In this document: positions 44,241-58,020 of the stretch, piece after piece | Layout of the letters: each line of letters starts with the position of its first letter | Position numbering within the stretch: the first letter of the stretch is position 1 | Assembly: GCA_951406725.2 (NCBI GenBank) | Contig: OX597838.1 | Location: 44,950,001-45,014,000 of the forward strand | Direction of reading: 5' to 3' | DNA: 64,000 nt | Source: Octopus vulgaris | Taxonomy: Eukaryota | Notes under the pieces: generated by a model | The model's database searches: none | Told to the model about the DNA's origin: nothing | Seen by the model: only the letters and a program-made list of their open reading frames with translations | Made by a program: the position numbers and the translations under genes

Positions 44241-45947
44241 CCCTAACCGATTAGCAGAACAATGGAATTTCTGTTAACCAGGGTTGGGTATAAGAGGTTT
44301 TTGAAGAGAGAAGACGCGTCAAGGAAGCAAACAGAACCGATACGTCCAGGACGTGTCCTTTGATTATACTGCGATACAAATGTCGTATGAAGATATTTGC
44401 ACTGAAATTTATCCTTGCCGTATTTTTACCTTCGAGATATCATATGAGCAAAGTTAGAATGCAAAGAGTGAGTAAGAGTGATGAATGTTCGAAAGATGGT
44501 ATGTATCTTAGCAAGGGGTCTGAAGTTCAATATCTCCTGGAGACCTGGGCTTAATTTAGGTCGTTGTACATCGTGGTTATAAAGAGAAAGCTAGTACAAT
44601 AAGTAGTGCAGAGTAGAAATACCAGTTAACAATGAGAGGCATTTTGAAGATATTCAGGAAGTAGAAAGACAGGAGATAAGAGAAAGAGAAAGGAGGACAA
44701 AAGTGTCAACAACAACAATTTCAGAACTCAGAAAGAGCTGTTACATGAACATCGTTCTTTGTAGGCAAAACCATTCCCTTTGTCTTCAACGTCAGAATCG
44801 GACGATCAGAAATCCCTCCGCTGATAACATTCCTTAATCTCTCTGACTTGAAACTATGTGGACATTGAGAAATGTGAGTTAGAAAATTATCAATGATAAT
44901 GGAAAAAGTAAAACGAGGAAAAGGGTCTTAAACTTTTACCTGTCCAAAGCATGTTTGAATGTTTGTCTTAAACGTCCATGCTTGTTTTCAGAGTTTTAAC
45001 CCTCATTTCATACGTTCTAAGTAGTATAAATCTTTCTTTCGTAAGTCCCATGTTAGTCTCATGATTGATAAAATTTGGAATATGTATCATATATGATGTA
45101 TGGACACCAGGGATATATGTTCTGAGAACAAGCGAAGAGTTAAAAAGGAGCAAGCACACCAGGAGGAAGCAAGCAGGCAACGCAGCCGGCAGCTGAACGT
45201 ATAAACCTTTGATAAACTCTGAAGTTCACCGAACTTTTCAGGGACGTCGAGGGAACTGTTTGGACTATTTCAACAGATTCCACGAAAAAGAAAAGAAAGA
45301 GAAAGGCAAAATCCAACAGGAACTCATTTTCAATTAAATAGAACAAATACACGTCAAACATCTCATGTTATAATACTTTCCAACTCGGGCAAAACCAGCA
45401 TTTTCGATTTGGGGTGGGGGCAAGTCGATTGCATTGACCCCGGTACTCAACTAATACCTATTTTATCGAAAGGATGAAAGGCAGAGCCGGCCGCAGCAGA
45501 ATTTAGTCTCGGAACCTACAGTGCCGAAAAAGAAAAAATGCTTGTAAATAGTTTCTTCGAAGATCTAACGATTCTGCGAGCATGTTGCCTTATCCAGTTG
45601 ATCCTCTAAATTCCAAGGACAATCAAAATAAGGCTTGTCTGCTGCATTAGGTTAGTAGGGTGTTTTGATGAAGCTCCGCTGGTCGTTTTTTTCAGTCAAT
45701 ATGTTCTAATTAAATTGTATATTTATATATATTTTTGTTAATTTCACTATCTAGTATATTTTATTTATTTTAAATTTGTTTCAGAATATTCTGCAGTCCC
45801 TTCCACCACTTCCACTAGTCTATATGTAATTTTGCATAACCTGACATTTTTTTGTTTTTGTAAAACCTTTTAACACGTTTTTGTATCATTAGTACACTGC
45901 TGGCAATGTAAAAATATCATTATTATCATCATCATCACCATCATCAT

Positions 45948-45984
<37 letters not shown>

Positions 45985-46700
45985 GTTTAGTCTCTTCCTC
46001 AAATGATACATGTGAGAATAGCACATGTAAAAACAATAATTTGCTTTTTCCAAACACAGGATCAATAGCCAAGATAGAACAGCGTTTAAAACTTCCAGCC
46101 TCTCTACTTCTTTACTTGACGCTCTCTTCCCTATGTTATTCTGTCTTCTCTCGTCACTCTTTCCTTCTTCACTGTCTTGTCTTTCTCCGCTTCTTCCATC
46201 TCCTCACCTTCTCCTTCAATCTGATTCAATGTTTGTTTAATCCGTCTAAACAAAGGACAAAAACTAAAACTGCCAAAATAAAATGAACACCATTTCCCAT
46301 GAGAATCTCACAGTTTTAGAGACATCTTTCTGCTTCTGTTTCTTTCTTCATTTTTTTTTTGTCTTTTTTTTTTATTGTGGCAGCGCGATCTGAAAAGGAG
46401 AGTAGGAAAGAGAAAGAAAGGGAGAGACTGAAAGATACTGTGAGAGAGGCTGAGATAGAGAGCGAGAGGGAAACAGGGAAAAACACAAGCTAAGCTAATG
46501 GGGAATTTGGGAAATCGATGGAAGCGCATTTATTTTCTTATGATCAGCTGTTTGGCATCTAAAACCTTCCTACCTGTGTAAATGTATTTATGTCTAAACA
46601 CATACACGCTCAGACACTTACATGTATATGTATGCATGTTGCATGCATGTGTGTGTATATATATGGTATATATATATACATATACACATGTATATATATG

Positions 46701-46732
<32 letters not shown>

Positions 46733-46735
46733 TAC

Positions 46736-46809
<74 letters not shown>

Positions 46810-46876
46810 TGTATGTATGTATGTATGTATGTATGTGTGTGTATTTGCACGCTCACAGACATATATGCACATTCAG

Positions 46877-46938
<62 letters not shown>

Positions 46939-48750
46939 GTAAGTAGGTGAATCTTTATATGCAGGTACTTACATGCACACACACACACACATATACTATC
47001 ACAGCTCTTCGTGTGTTTGTGTTTTTTGATGTTTATCCAATCACGTTTTCTTCTTCTTAACTTACCAGTCTTTAAATATACTGCATAACATTCTCTTTCT
47101 CTTCAGGTATCTTTCTTTTATATCTTAACTCATTCATTTCCTCTACCAGCCATTCTCTCTCTTTATACACGCACATAAAATCATATAAGAAAATCAGCAG
47201 CGAATATTGGTGTAATGCGAAGCTAAATGGTTGTCGGCTGAGAGTAAATGGAGTTACGCCTACAAATAAATAAATAAATGAATAAATAAATAAATAAAGA
47301 CAGTCACAGCATGAAGTCCAATTTATTTTTATTAGTAATCAGTCAGCACTTACACTTCATTGTCACAGAAACATTTACACTGTTATACAAAGCAGTTTGT
47401 AGCTGTGATCCTTGAGATGGCACTGGGAATTGTCTAAAGATGGTGAGAGTTAGTAAATAGAAAGCTGCTGATCGGGCATTTTACGTTATGTGAACCCCTG
47501 ACCTTTGACGAATCTGGAACTTCGAAGGAGGTGAAGCCATTTTAGATGTGGTATTTTAATGTCGGTATCTATGAGTTGTGAATATAAAAGTGCTTTCGAT
47601 ATTTGGACGACACATCTAGCTTTCTAAGATACGATGCAAGTTGCATGAAAATATGGAATTCCTTGATGAGGCAAAATCCACAGTTCCTTGCCCCATTAAA
47701 TTCTGGGTAAGATTTTTGAAAGATATGAGCCTAATTTTACTGGTATTCATATCATTCTGTGGTACCTTATATGGGAGATGAGAAAAACAATATTATAAAA
47801 TTATGGTATTTAATCTGCATTCTGTTCTGAATGAGTGTAGACATTGAAGGAAGCGAGACCCGAATGCATATGCTGTTAGCTCTTTTACCATTTGATGCCG
47901 AAGGGAGAATTTTTGGTGTACAATGTTCTTAAATTAGTTGGATCACCTAGTTGGCTGTGAAGCTATTTCTAGAGTTACAGGTTGGCTAATTATGTAACAG
48001 CTATGTTGTTATTCCATCAGTCATTGACCGTAATTCAAGTGAACGGAACAGATACTCACGTATGTCAGTAGCTAACGGTCATGTCTGATTAATGTAAACT
48101 AATTCCTTATAAAATGCGTCTTGACTGCTACGATGTACAGCGGACTAAACGAGATACATATTGTTTCGCAAGTGCATACTTATCGATATAAAGTAAGCGG
48201 CATCATAAAGTGCACACATGGGTTTTATATGTCCTCACGTTTTCTATTCCTAAATATCATCGATGCCACGCTGTAACATTGAAGTTCTTAAATATAACGG
48301 TAGTTCTAAACTTTTCTGTCTATCCCTAATCATTTACATATACATATGTGTGCGTGCGTGTGTGTGTGAATGGAATATGGCAGGGAATCTTACGTTTTCT
48401 TACGTTTTTCTGTGTGAAACTGTACCAGAATGTCCTATATACATACACACATTCACAGAGAGAGCGAGAGAGAGATGAAGTTATAATGACAGAAACAGAT
48501 TGACAGATACCTAGTTATTCACATATTTATGCATACAAGCATATGTATATATAAAAAATGGAGCACTCCGTCGGTTACGGTGACGTGGTTCCCAGCTGAT
48601 ACGATCAGCGGAGCAGCTAGCTCGTGAATTTAACCTGCAATTGGCTGAGCACTCCACAGACGCATGTACCCTTAACGTAGCTCTCAGGGAGATTCAGCGT
48701 GACCCAAAATGTGACAAGGCTGACCCTTTGAAATACAGGTATCACACATA

Positions 48751-48796
<46 letters not shown>

Positions 48797-48879
48797 GGTC
48801 CCGGGTTGATTCGGGGTTAACCACAGTAAGTAAGGTACTCAATACATAGCAGAGTAAAATTAATTTATTATATAGAAGG

Positions 48880-48930
48880 AGCTTCTACAGGACTAGTACT
48901 GTTTCATTCAAGAGAAATCTTCAGGAAGCT
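48880..48930 (-). ncRNA. Type I hammerhead ribozyme (family A)
   Basis: AGCUUC-CUGAAGA-u(uuc ucuu gaa)u-GAAA-cag-uacuaguc-cug-UA-GAAGCU: 6-bp helix I, full core, GUA cleavage triplet, palindromic ACUAGU in loop III. Confidence 0.82.
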
Positions 48931-49315
48931 ATTTAACAAGAATTGTATTAGCATTTATACATTTAGGCAGGTTTAAAGGAGTGGTGGTGGGGGACTTTTG
49001 GGGGTAGGCATAGCGCAAAATATCATACTTGGGGGAGTGGTCAAGGAGTCAGTGGTAAGTTAGATGAAAGAATAGATAAATAAAAAAATAAAAAAATAAA
49101 AAATAAAAAAATAAAATAAAAAAATAAAAAAATAAAAAATATAAAAAATATATATAAAAAAAAATATATATATAAAATATATATATAAAAAAATATATAT
49201 ATAAAAAAAGGGGGGATAGAGTTATAGGTAAATAAGGAGATTCTCACTTATACCTATACACACATGTATACGTATCTACACACACATACATACATACACA
49301 TATATATACACACAC

Positions 49316-49356
<41 letters not shown>

Positions 49357-49403
49357 CATATGTACACACATACATACATATCTACATACACACATACATA
49401 CAC

Positions 49404-49631
49404 CCGCCCACATATACAAATTTATACACATGCACATGCCTATACCTGTCTACACATACACACACGTATATATGCATACACTCACTCCCATGCATGCACG
49501 CATACACACATGTATATATATATATATATATACCCACGACCACACATACATATATGTATGCATATATACGTGTGTGTATGTGTAGACAGGTATAGGCATG
49601 TGCATGTGTATAAATTTGTATATGTGGGCGG
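49404..49631. repeat. Inverted repeat, about 77-bp arms (49404-49480 / 49555-49631)
   Basis: ccgcccacatatacaaatttatacacatgcacatgcctatacctgtctacac... and its reverse complement. Confidence 0.85.
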
Positions 49632-49669
49632 TATATGTATGTGTGTATGTAGATATGTATGTATGTGTG

Positions 49670-49716
<47 letters not shown>

Positions 49717-49727
49717 TATATATATTG

Positions 49728-49864
49728 TCTCTCACTTTGCAACCATTTGTACTCCTTGCTTTCTCAGTTTTTCTTCTTACACCTTTCTCATATATATATG
49801 TCTGAACTTTTACTGGCACATAAGGACTTTTATATATATCACTTCCTCCCTTACTTTCGTCTCT

Positions 49865-49906
<42 letters not shown>

Positions 49907-50403
49907 CGTTCTCTGTCCTCTCCATCTCGTTCTGTCTCTGTCTTATATCTATCAGTTTCATTATTACAAGTATGATTTTGCGTATATGCATATATTTATA
50001 TTGCCTATATGTATAAACCTTCAAAGTTCATTGAAAAGTTTGGAAGAAGCAGCGAAAAGTTTAGAGAAAAATAAATAAGTAAATGAGTGGAAATCGAACC
50101 GGTGAGTGTGTTAATTAATAAGGCATTAAAACGGATACTAGTCCTGTAGAAGCTCCTTCTATATAATAAATTAATATATATATATATATATATATAGCAA
50201 AAATTTAGATTCAAATGAATATGGTACTTAATTTAGATGCACCAGAATTTTGTATGGTGTTATCCATAAAAAATTGTGGGGTGATTATAATCAAAATAAC
50301 CAACACGAATGACTCCGGTAATTTGGTACGATTGTATAATATACATATATATATATGTTATACAATCGTACCAAATTACCAGAGTCATTCTTGTTGCTTA
50401 TTT

Positions 50404-50497
<94 letters not shown>

Positions 50498-50673
50498 TTA
50501 TTTTATAGAAGGAGCTTCTACAGGACTAGAACTGTTTCATTCAAATGAAATCATCAGGAAGAATGAAACAGTTCTAGTCCTGTAGAAGCTCCTTCTATAA
50601 AATAAATTAATTTACTCTCCCATGTAATGAGTACCTTATTTACTGTGGTTAACCCCGACTCAACCCGGGACCT

Positions 50674-50717
<44 letters not shown>

Positions 50718-51230
50718 GAATATCTGTAGGTATGGATAGATGCATGCTTGCATGTATGTATATATGTATGTGTGTATGAATGAATGAATGAATGAATGTA
50801 TGAATACATACATAGAAACAAAGACTATATGGCTATTTTTCTCTCACTTTGCAACCATTTTACTCCTTGCTTTCTCAGTTTTTCTTCTTACACCTTTCTC
50901 ATATTTTGTCTGAACTTTTTACTGGCACAAAGGACTTTTAATTCACTTCCTCCCTTACTTTCGTCTCTTCTTTCTCTCTCTCTCTCTCTCTCTCTCTTTC
51001 TTCGTTCTCTGTCCTCTCCATCTCGTTCTGTCTCTGTCTTATATCTATCAGTTTCTTATTACAAGTATGATTTTGCGTATATGCATATATTTATATTGCC
51101 AAAATGTATAAACCTTCAAAGTTCATTGAAAAGTTTGGAAGAAGCAGCGAATAGTTTAGAGAAAAATAAATAAGTAAATGAGTGGAAATCGAACCGGTGA
51201 GTGTGTTAATTAATAAGGCATTAAAACGGA
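49728..51230 (+). repeat. Local direct duplication of about 400 bp (49728-50135 and 50840-51230)
   Basis: Both copies run tctctcactttgcaaccatt...ggcattaaaacgga with few differences. Confidence 0.92.
50515..50561 (-). ncRNA. Type I hammerhead ribozyme (family A)
   Basis: CUUC-CUGAUGA-u(uuc auuu gaa)u-GAAA-cag-uucuaguc-cug-UA-GAAG; immediately followed on + by an inverted partial copy (50561-50675). Confidence 0.8.
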
Positions 51231-51326
51231 ATTACTCTCCCCAGACACAATAATGTATATACATATGTATATATAGATATATACATATATACATACATAT
51301 ACGCACATACACACACACACACACAC

Positions 51327-51389
<63 letters not shown>

Positions 51390-53956
51390 CATATTTGAGT
51401 GTGTGCGCGCACGTCTGTGTGTGCGTGTGTAAAAATATAGACAGACAGACGGACTGGTAGATAGATACTGTGAGTTTCATGCGATGGCACCCGTCAACCT
51501 AATTTCAAATCATGGGGCCATGCCATTTGTTGCATTATTTTAAAACAAATTATAAAAACAATTACAATGTCACGTGGATATTTCATATTTTTATAATGGA
51601 TTTCAATAAATAAATAATTAAATAAATAAATAAACATGATAAACAAAAAATATGGAAAATTTGAAGATACGTTGCATACGTACGCAGAGAGTGTGCCGAT
51701 GAATATAAATATCCTATGTAGTCGAATACACGCACATACCAATACAGATATTTACATTCACGGGTTTACACACATACACGCAAAGGCATGCGTATAAACA
51801 TACAGCATATAGAAACGGGAGTATACATACATGATATGTATCAGGGATTCAATATATATATATATATACATATGTTTATAAATGCACACATACAGACCTA
51901 TTCATACACACACATACACATATTCTCACACTCACGTGTATATGTATGTGCGTGTATGTGTGTGTGTATATGTATGTGTACGTGTGTGTTTGTGTGTGTG
52001 GTTAAATAAGATTTAGGTAAAAACCTTATAGTATGCGATGCAAATCTCGTCCACAGTTATTGGCTCTCTGATGTCATCATGCAATGGAAATACTCCTGAT
52101 ACAGGATATGTATCAGGGATTCAATAGTATATGTAGAGTTTTTATAGATAGATAAATGATAGAAAATAGATTGAACGATATTCTTTATTTTAAAAGTCAC
52201 TACAATTGTTTCGATGCACTTTTAGACCCGTAGTACATGTAATCATTATCATGCAACCATGTATAAAATTCACCTTCTGAGGCGATTGCTGAAACAATTT
52301 TTTTTAACGGGAGTGAAACGACAGTAGGTTCTAACGTAACACGTCTTTAAAAAATCACGTAAGGTGCAGTTTACACCTGGTTGCATGATAATGATTACAC
52401 AACATCTCACAAATTTATTACGGATGTAAAAATGTTTCGAAACAATCATAATGATTTTTATATCGTTCATTCAGTTTTCTATCATTTTCTATCACTGACA
52501 CAAGAAATAGGTCTCCCTTATGATATTCCCGTCATCATAAAAAAATATAATCACGATTAGCATAAGTAAACATTCCTGTATATGTGTGCATATACACACA
52601 CATACACATACACGAATAAGTGTATATGCAGAAGCGCACTGGATTTCGCAGAGAATTCTATTCGACGCTTCAACAAGTATGCTTTGTCTTCGAGTTAATG
52701 TAACGCTGTCGGTGCCGATATTATGACAGAGTAGAAGGCGACGAGATAGCAGAATGGTTAGCATGCCGGAAAGAATGCCGAACTGCATTTCGTCCTTCTT
52801 TACGATCTCAGTTCAAGTTTCGCCGAGGTCGACTTTGCCTTTCGCCTCTCTGCGGTTGAAGTCGATGTAATCTACTGAAGCCCTCGCCCGAAATTTGTTG
52901 GCCTTCAGCCGGAATTTGAAAGCCATATAGCTAAGTAGACAAATGCTTCCTTGGTTTGACACACGGCGCTCATTTCCTCATGTGGGTTGGGAAATTTGTA
53001 TTTGAGGATAAGGAGATATCTAAGTGTAGACTGCATGTCTTCTTCCCTTGAGACTCGAATATATATAGCATTTATCGCCTACCAATGAATATAAAACAAA
53101 AATAACAGCCAAATCTTCCGAAGCCATAATCTGGAATCTTCAATATTGGTGAAATAAAAGATGGAACAGTCATGGCAAGAATTTCTTTGATTTTAGGTCT
53201 GTTTGAGCATAGGTGAATTGGTACTAAACAACAACGTCACAAGCAACAACAACATCAATAACAACGGATGTCGGCGAAAAGATCAAACGTAATTAAGAAC
53301 AGTAAAAATCAGTTTTAGTTGAATTAATTATATCTCTGGTGCGTGTAGGAGTGAGATCGATAAAATAATTTATCATACCGTAATCGATATCATCAAATAA
53401 CATTCTATTGAATAAACTATACTACCGAGAGGATACGGTTCATGTCTTCTCATCAGATGAAAACAGTTCTAGCCGTCTATGTGTGGGACAAGAATTTTCA
53501 GTTTGTCTTTGTCTACACAGTGATAGTATAGATGTACCAAACTAACAAGGATCTGTATAGAAACGCGCACGCGCGCACAGACACTCACAGATAGATACAT
53601 AGACAATGTATGCATGATTGTGCGTATACACACACACATGTATACACACACATATATATATACATATATATATACGCATATATACAAATAATATGTATGT
53701 ATATATATATGTATATATATGTATATATATATGTATATATGCATGTATATATTCACAGTAATGTTTACATGCCAACATAAATTAAAACATATATATGTAT
53801 GTATATAAAATATATATTTATATGGTTCAGAAAAAATTTAGATTCAGATGAATATAGTACTTAAGTTGAAGGCACCAGAATGTGGTATGGTATTATCCAT
53901 ATAAATCAAATAGGGTGATTATAATCAAAACAAGCAACAAGGATATCCAAAGGTAG

Positions 53957-54040
53957 TGTAGTACGATCGTTTCATGTTACTTCATTTAATTAAACAATGT
54001 ATTACATCAGTTTTAAAATGTAGAGCACTCTTCAGCCACA
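53957..54040 (-). ncRNA. Type I hammerhead with long helix-II insertion (family B)
   Basis: UGUGG-CUGAAGA-gugcu...cau-GAAA-cgaucg-UA-CUACA; palindromic ACGAUCGU helix III. Confidence 0.72.
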
Positions 54041-54113
54041 TATGGATTTTTTTTTATTCCATGGAATAAGTATAATAAAGAACATTGTCAATTTGATTTT
54101 TTAAAATTCCATA

Positions 54114-54201
54114 TGTGACTGAAGAGTGCTCTGCATTTTAAAACTGATGTAATACTTACATTGTTTAATTAAATGAAGTAGCATGAAACTTTTGTACTAC
54201 A
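54114..54201 (+). ncRNA. Inverted second copy of family B hammerhead (helix III mutated)
   Basis: tgtga-CTGAAGA-gtgct...agcat-GAAA-cttttg-TA-ctaca; part of inverted repeat 53931-54046 / 54108-54226. Confidence 0.6.
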
Positions 54202-54230
54202 CTACCTTTGGATATCCTTGTTGCTTATTT

Positions 54231-54264
<34 letters not shown>

Positions 54265-56055
54265 GCACATACATTCAAAATTTAAGGAATGGAATTGGTA
54301 AAGCACGGACTACAATTGTTTCATAACAAAGTGAAGCTTGTTACATAAGTTGTTATAGAAACAAAGCCAGTTTAGCAAATGTTCAGGTCTTCGTCACCTC
54401 AGGTCGTTTACATCAAGCTCAAAGAGGAACAAATGAGTCATCAAAATGATGTAATCTTCAGAAAGTTGCACAAAAATCAGCTTTGTCTTTCTTTCACCCC
54501 CCCCCCCTTATGACCATATTCCAAAGTATAATTCAGTTTGGATTGCACGAAAATTCAGTTTTTTTTTATTTAAATTCTGGTCCATAAGCAATAAAAGTAT
54601 ATATTGCCCGTTGTGACAGATATAATATTACTCATCACACCATTTGAGGGTCAGCACCTCTTGAAATGTTCGTTGTAACCGAGTTGCTATAACTTTTGAC
54701 TAAATGTTAACACTTTCTTGCTGCTGTATAATTACGGCTTTGACCAGGTGAGATATTTTTTATAGCTTTTCAAGTGAGATTTTACAGTATATAAAACTAT
54801 TCATAATTATATCGTAGTTTCATTGCATAGAATGAATATAATGGTAGATATGTGCGTTTCAATGGTTATTGTCTTGCATGGCTCTTTTCAATTTTTAACG
54901 ATGCGAGGTTCTTTTGATAGAATTTTATTAATTTTAACGGAAATGCGGCGCTGTTTACATAAACACATTCAACAGTTTACCGCATTTTATTCCCGATATC
55001 TGCATAATTCTTGGTTACATTTTCCCTTAAAACTTGTTATTTCTTATTTAAATATTTACGTTTGTAAGAAATTACTTGTAATATTTTGCATGTTTTGCCC
55101 CTGAAGTTGTCATTCTTATCTTTGTTTTTTGAAGAAACCAAACTAGTTCTGTTTAAATTACGTTGAATTGAAACACTCTTTTATTTAAAAATAATGTACT
55201 TTCACCCGATGTGTCATGAATTTCAAATTGATTTCATTGCTTTTCCTCTTTGTACCTGTTAAAGTTATATTCTGGTGTCTGGTGTTGTATAAACTTATGT
55301 AAATCTGCTTAATTGGTCTATAAATGAGTAGTGACTAATTCAATGTTTAGCGAATCTCATGCAAGGTTTGGTCGTTCATTGTTATTCATTGGTTGTATTA
55401 ACCAGTGAGAGAAAAATATTGTGACATCTATTTCACTCATAAAAACTCTAAAGAGTACACTTCTTGAATGTTTTAGTCTCACTTGAAAAGGATTGAAGCA
55501 ACTAGTCGCTTTTTGTATCAAACTGGACTCGATATGAATCGTACCACGAAGGTAAAAATGACGTTTGTTCGCATTTGAGATTATTCTCTTAAATTGCAAG
55601 TTATTTTTTGCGGTATTCGTTTCCAGTTGAATGAACTAGAATAACGGAATGGACGTATTGCTTTTTTTTTCAGTTTTAATTTCATTCAGAACATAAAGCA
55701 TTGTTCAGAGAATCGAAATCACGACCTTGCAATCACAAGTTCAACACCCTAACGATCATTTCATCTAAAAAGAGTATTTGAAATTTTGGGCAAATATACA
55801 TAATTACAATTCTATCTTTGCTGTGAAATGTAAACATGTGTAAACAAATATTTTTATGTCACCGGGGGCTAAATTAATTAACTTATGAATAAAATATTTA
55901 ATTAACTGAAGAAATATTTATCTCCCAGCTAGCAGTCAACCGACATCGTTTCATGTGTATTTCAGTTATAATGACTGTAATAATATCTTGCAAATGTATT
56001 TTGGCATTTCTTACACTCTGATGTCCTGGTGAATATACATGCATACATATTTACA

Positions 56056-56092
<37 letters not shown>

Positions 56093-56179
56093 CAGATGTA
56101 TACTAATATATCTGTTTGTTTTCTACACCACCTGTCTTCGTCTTTTGTTTTTTCGTGAATTCTCCCCCCTCTCTCTATA

Positions 56180-56419
56180 TTTTTTTTTTTTTTTTTTTTT
56201 TTGTACTTGTTTCAGTCATTTGACTGCGGCCATGCTGGAGCACCGCCTTTGAGTGGTGAAAGAGTACAGCAGGGATCACCACCTCCTGCCGGAGCCTCGC
56301 GGAGCTTTTAGGTGTTCTTTTCGCTCAATAAACACACACAACGCCCGGTCTGGGAATCGAAACCGCGATCCTCCGACCGCAAGTCCGCTGCCCTAACCAC
56401 TAGGCCATTGCGCCTCCAC
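56180..56419 (-). mobile_element. Short tRNA-derived SINE with poly(A) end and the same LINE-derived tail as family 1
   Basis: Head gtggaggcgcaatggcctagtggttagggc...ggtttcgattccc (A and B boxes); tail ggcggtgctccagcatggccgcagtcaaatgactgaaacaagt. Confidence 0.8.
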
Positions 56420-57730
56420 TATAATATATATATATATATATATTATATATACTAGAAGACAAACCCGCCCTTGCTCGAGATTAAAATAGTTTATTATTGC
56501 TTTACTTGTTTCATTCGGGTCTACGCCGTCCACATTTTAAAAGATGAAGACTGTTACTCTGCAGGCCAAGAATGAAGATCTTTTCTCTTCTTATATATGT
56601 TGCATTTGCTCGATCATTTTTTTTAGTAACTTTTTCTATACAATGTATTTCCTGGTCATTTTTCTAAGGTTATATCAATATATTATTGAAATGTTAATGT
56701 TACAGTTGTTGTTGTTGTTGTTGTCGTTGCTTACCTCCACGTCTAAAGTATTCAATAAACTTACGATCAAAGGCGTTGCATTCTTAAACTTGTCATCATT
56801 TTGTATATTAATAAAAGACTGTCAGAAATGCCCTTAGTCTTCTTAAAGTCAAGAGGTGTTTGACTCCTGTTCGTAAGGTTTTCTGAAAGGCTCCGACGCT
56901 CTCTCGTCATTTGATAGTTGTTCATTCTCATTAGGCAATAGAACAACATATGGGTATACTGTCCAAATACTCTATGCGGTTGTGAGATCTACTAGAACGA
57001 CCAAAGAAAATTCCGTCACATAAGATCACCGCCAGAAAATGAGAATAACACACTATGGTAGTCGTAGACTGTCACTAAAAGACGAAAGGATTGAGGCTGA
57101 GATGACCTTGACCAAAGATCGGATCGACCAGACTTGGTGACAACTAACAACAAAAACAACATTTCAAGTCATGATAAGCCCTTTTTTGATTCAATAATCA
57201 TTTACAGTTATTTATACAATAAAAATAATTTATATTTTTATCGGATGTGAAGAGAAAAAAAATTATAGATTATGTATCTTATTTCTATTTGTGATTCACA
57301 GTGAGTTATTCAAAAACAGTTTAACGTCGCCAAAACAAGGATTATTTACAGCATTTTCACACATTCCCACCTTTATCTTAAAATATTCCTCCGAGGAGAC
57401 TTGGCAGATTTTGTATTTTATTACCATTCGACCAATTTCAGCGAGGGAGTGACTGATAGTGTCGAGTTACATAAGCTACACATAATGTTTTTAAATGTAG
57501 TTGCATATTCGCTTTCCTCTTTATCAGGTAAAATGATGTGACCGAGTTGAATAAACCGTGACTTCATCTCACTGGTTATATAAGCGTAGGCATAGACGCT
57601 GTGGCTAAAATGTAGAAAGCCACATTGTTCCTGGTTCGATCGCAATGCAAATCAACATAGATATGTGTGGTTTGCCATACACTACTGTCAAGAGTAGCAG
57701 CTGGTAGATGGCAACGGTGCAATGCCCCTC

Positions 57731-57766
<36 letters not shown>

Positions 57767-57767
57767 T

Positions 57768-58020
57768 GAAGGTAAATTTTAATGAAAATGGATGTTGGGA
57801 AAATTAAATTTTTTTTTTAATATATATATATTAATTCAAACCGGTTTTCGTAGTAATGCGACTTTTCAAGAATTGTAAGGTGAAAAGAAAAAAAAATTAA
57901 TTTTCCATACACCCATTTCATTAAAATTCACCTTCAATTTAGTATTCTGCCTTTTTATAATTTTTGCTTGCCTATCATTTCTCCACCTGCGGTCAACACA
58001 ACCCCACCATTTATTGATTT
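57768..58020. repeat. Paralog of fold-back family 14873-15085
   Basis: ttgaaggtaaattttaatgaaaatgg versus ccatttcattaaaattcaccttcaa, plus the shared tail. Confidence 0.75.

Noticed and set aside
53430-53460. CUGAUGA on the minus strand (similar motif at about 63727)
   Set aside because: No proper GAAA, helix III or helix I partner found.
56340-56419. tRNA gene
   Set aside because: tRNA-like head continues into SINE body and LINE-derived tail; no clean acceptor stem or adjacent terminator.
56734-56949. Minus-strand exon-like stretch ending in GAG|GTAAGC
   Set aside because: Frames contain stops and there is no recognisable domain or partner exon.
57485-57527. ATG...CAG|GTAAAA phase-1 mini-exon (MFLNVVAYSLSSLS) as first exon of the LDLa gene
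   Set aside because: Phase fits, but the peptide is a poor signal sequence and such matches are common by chance.
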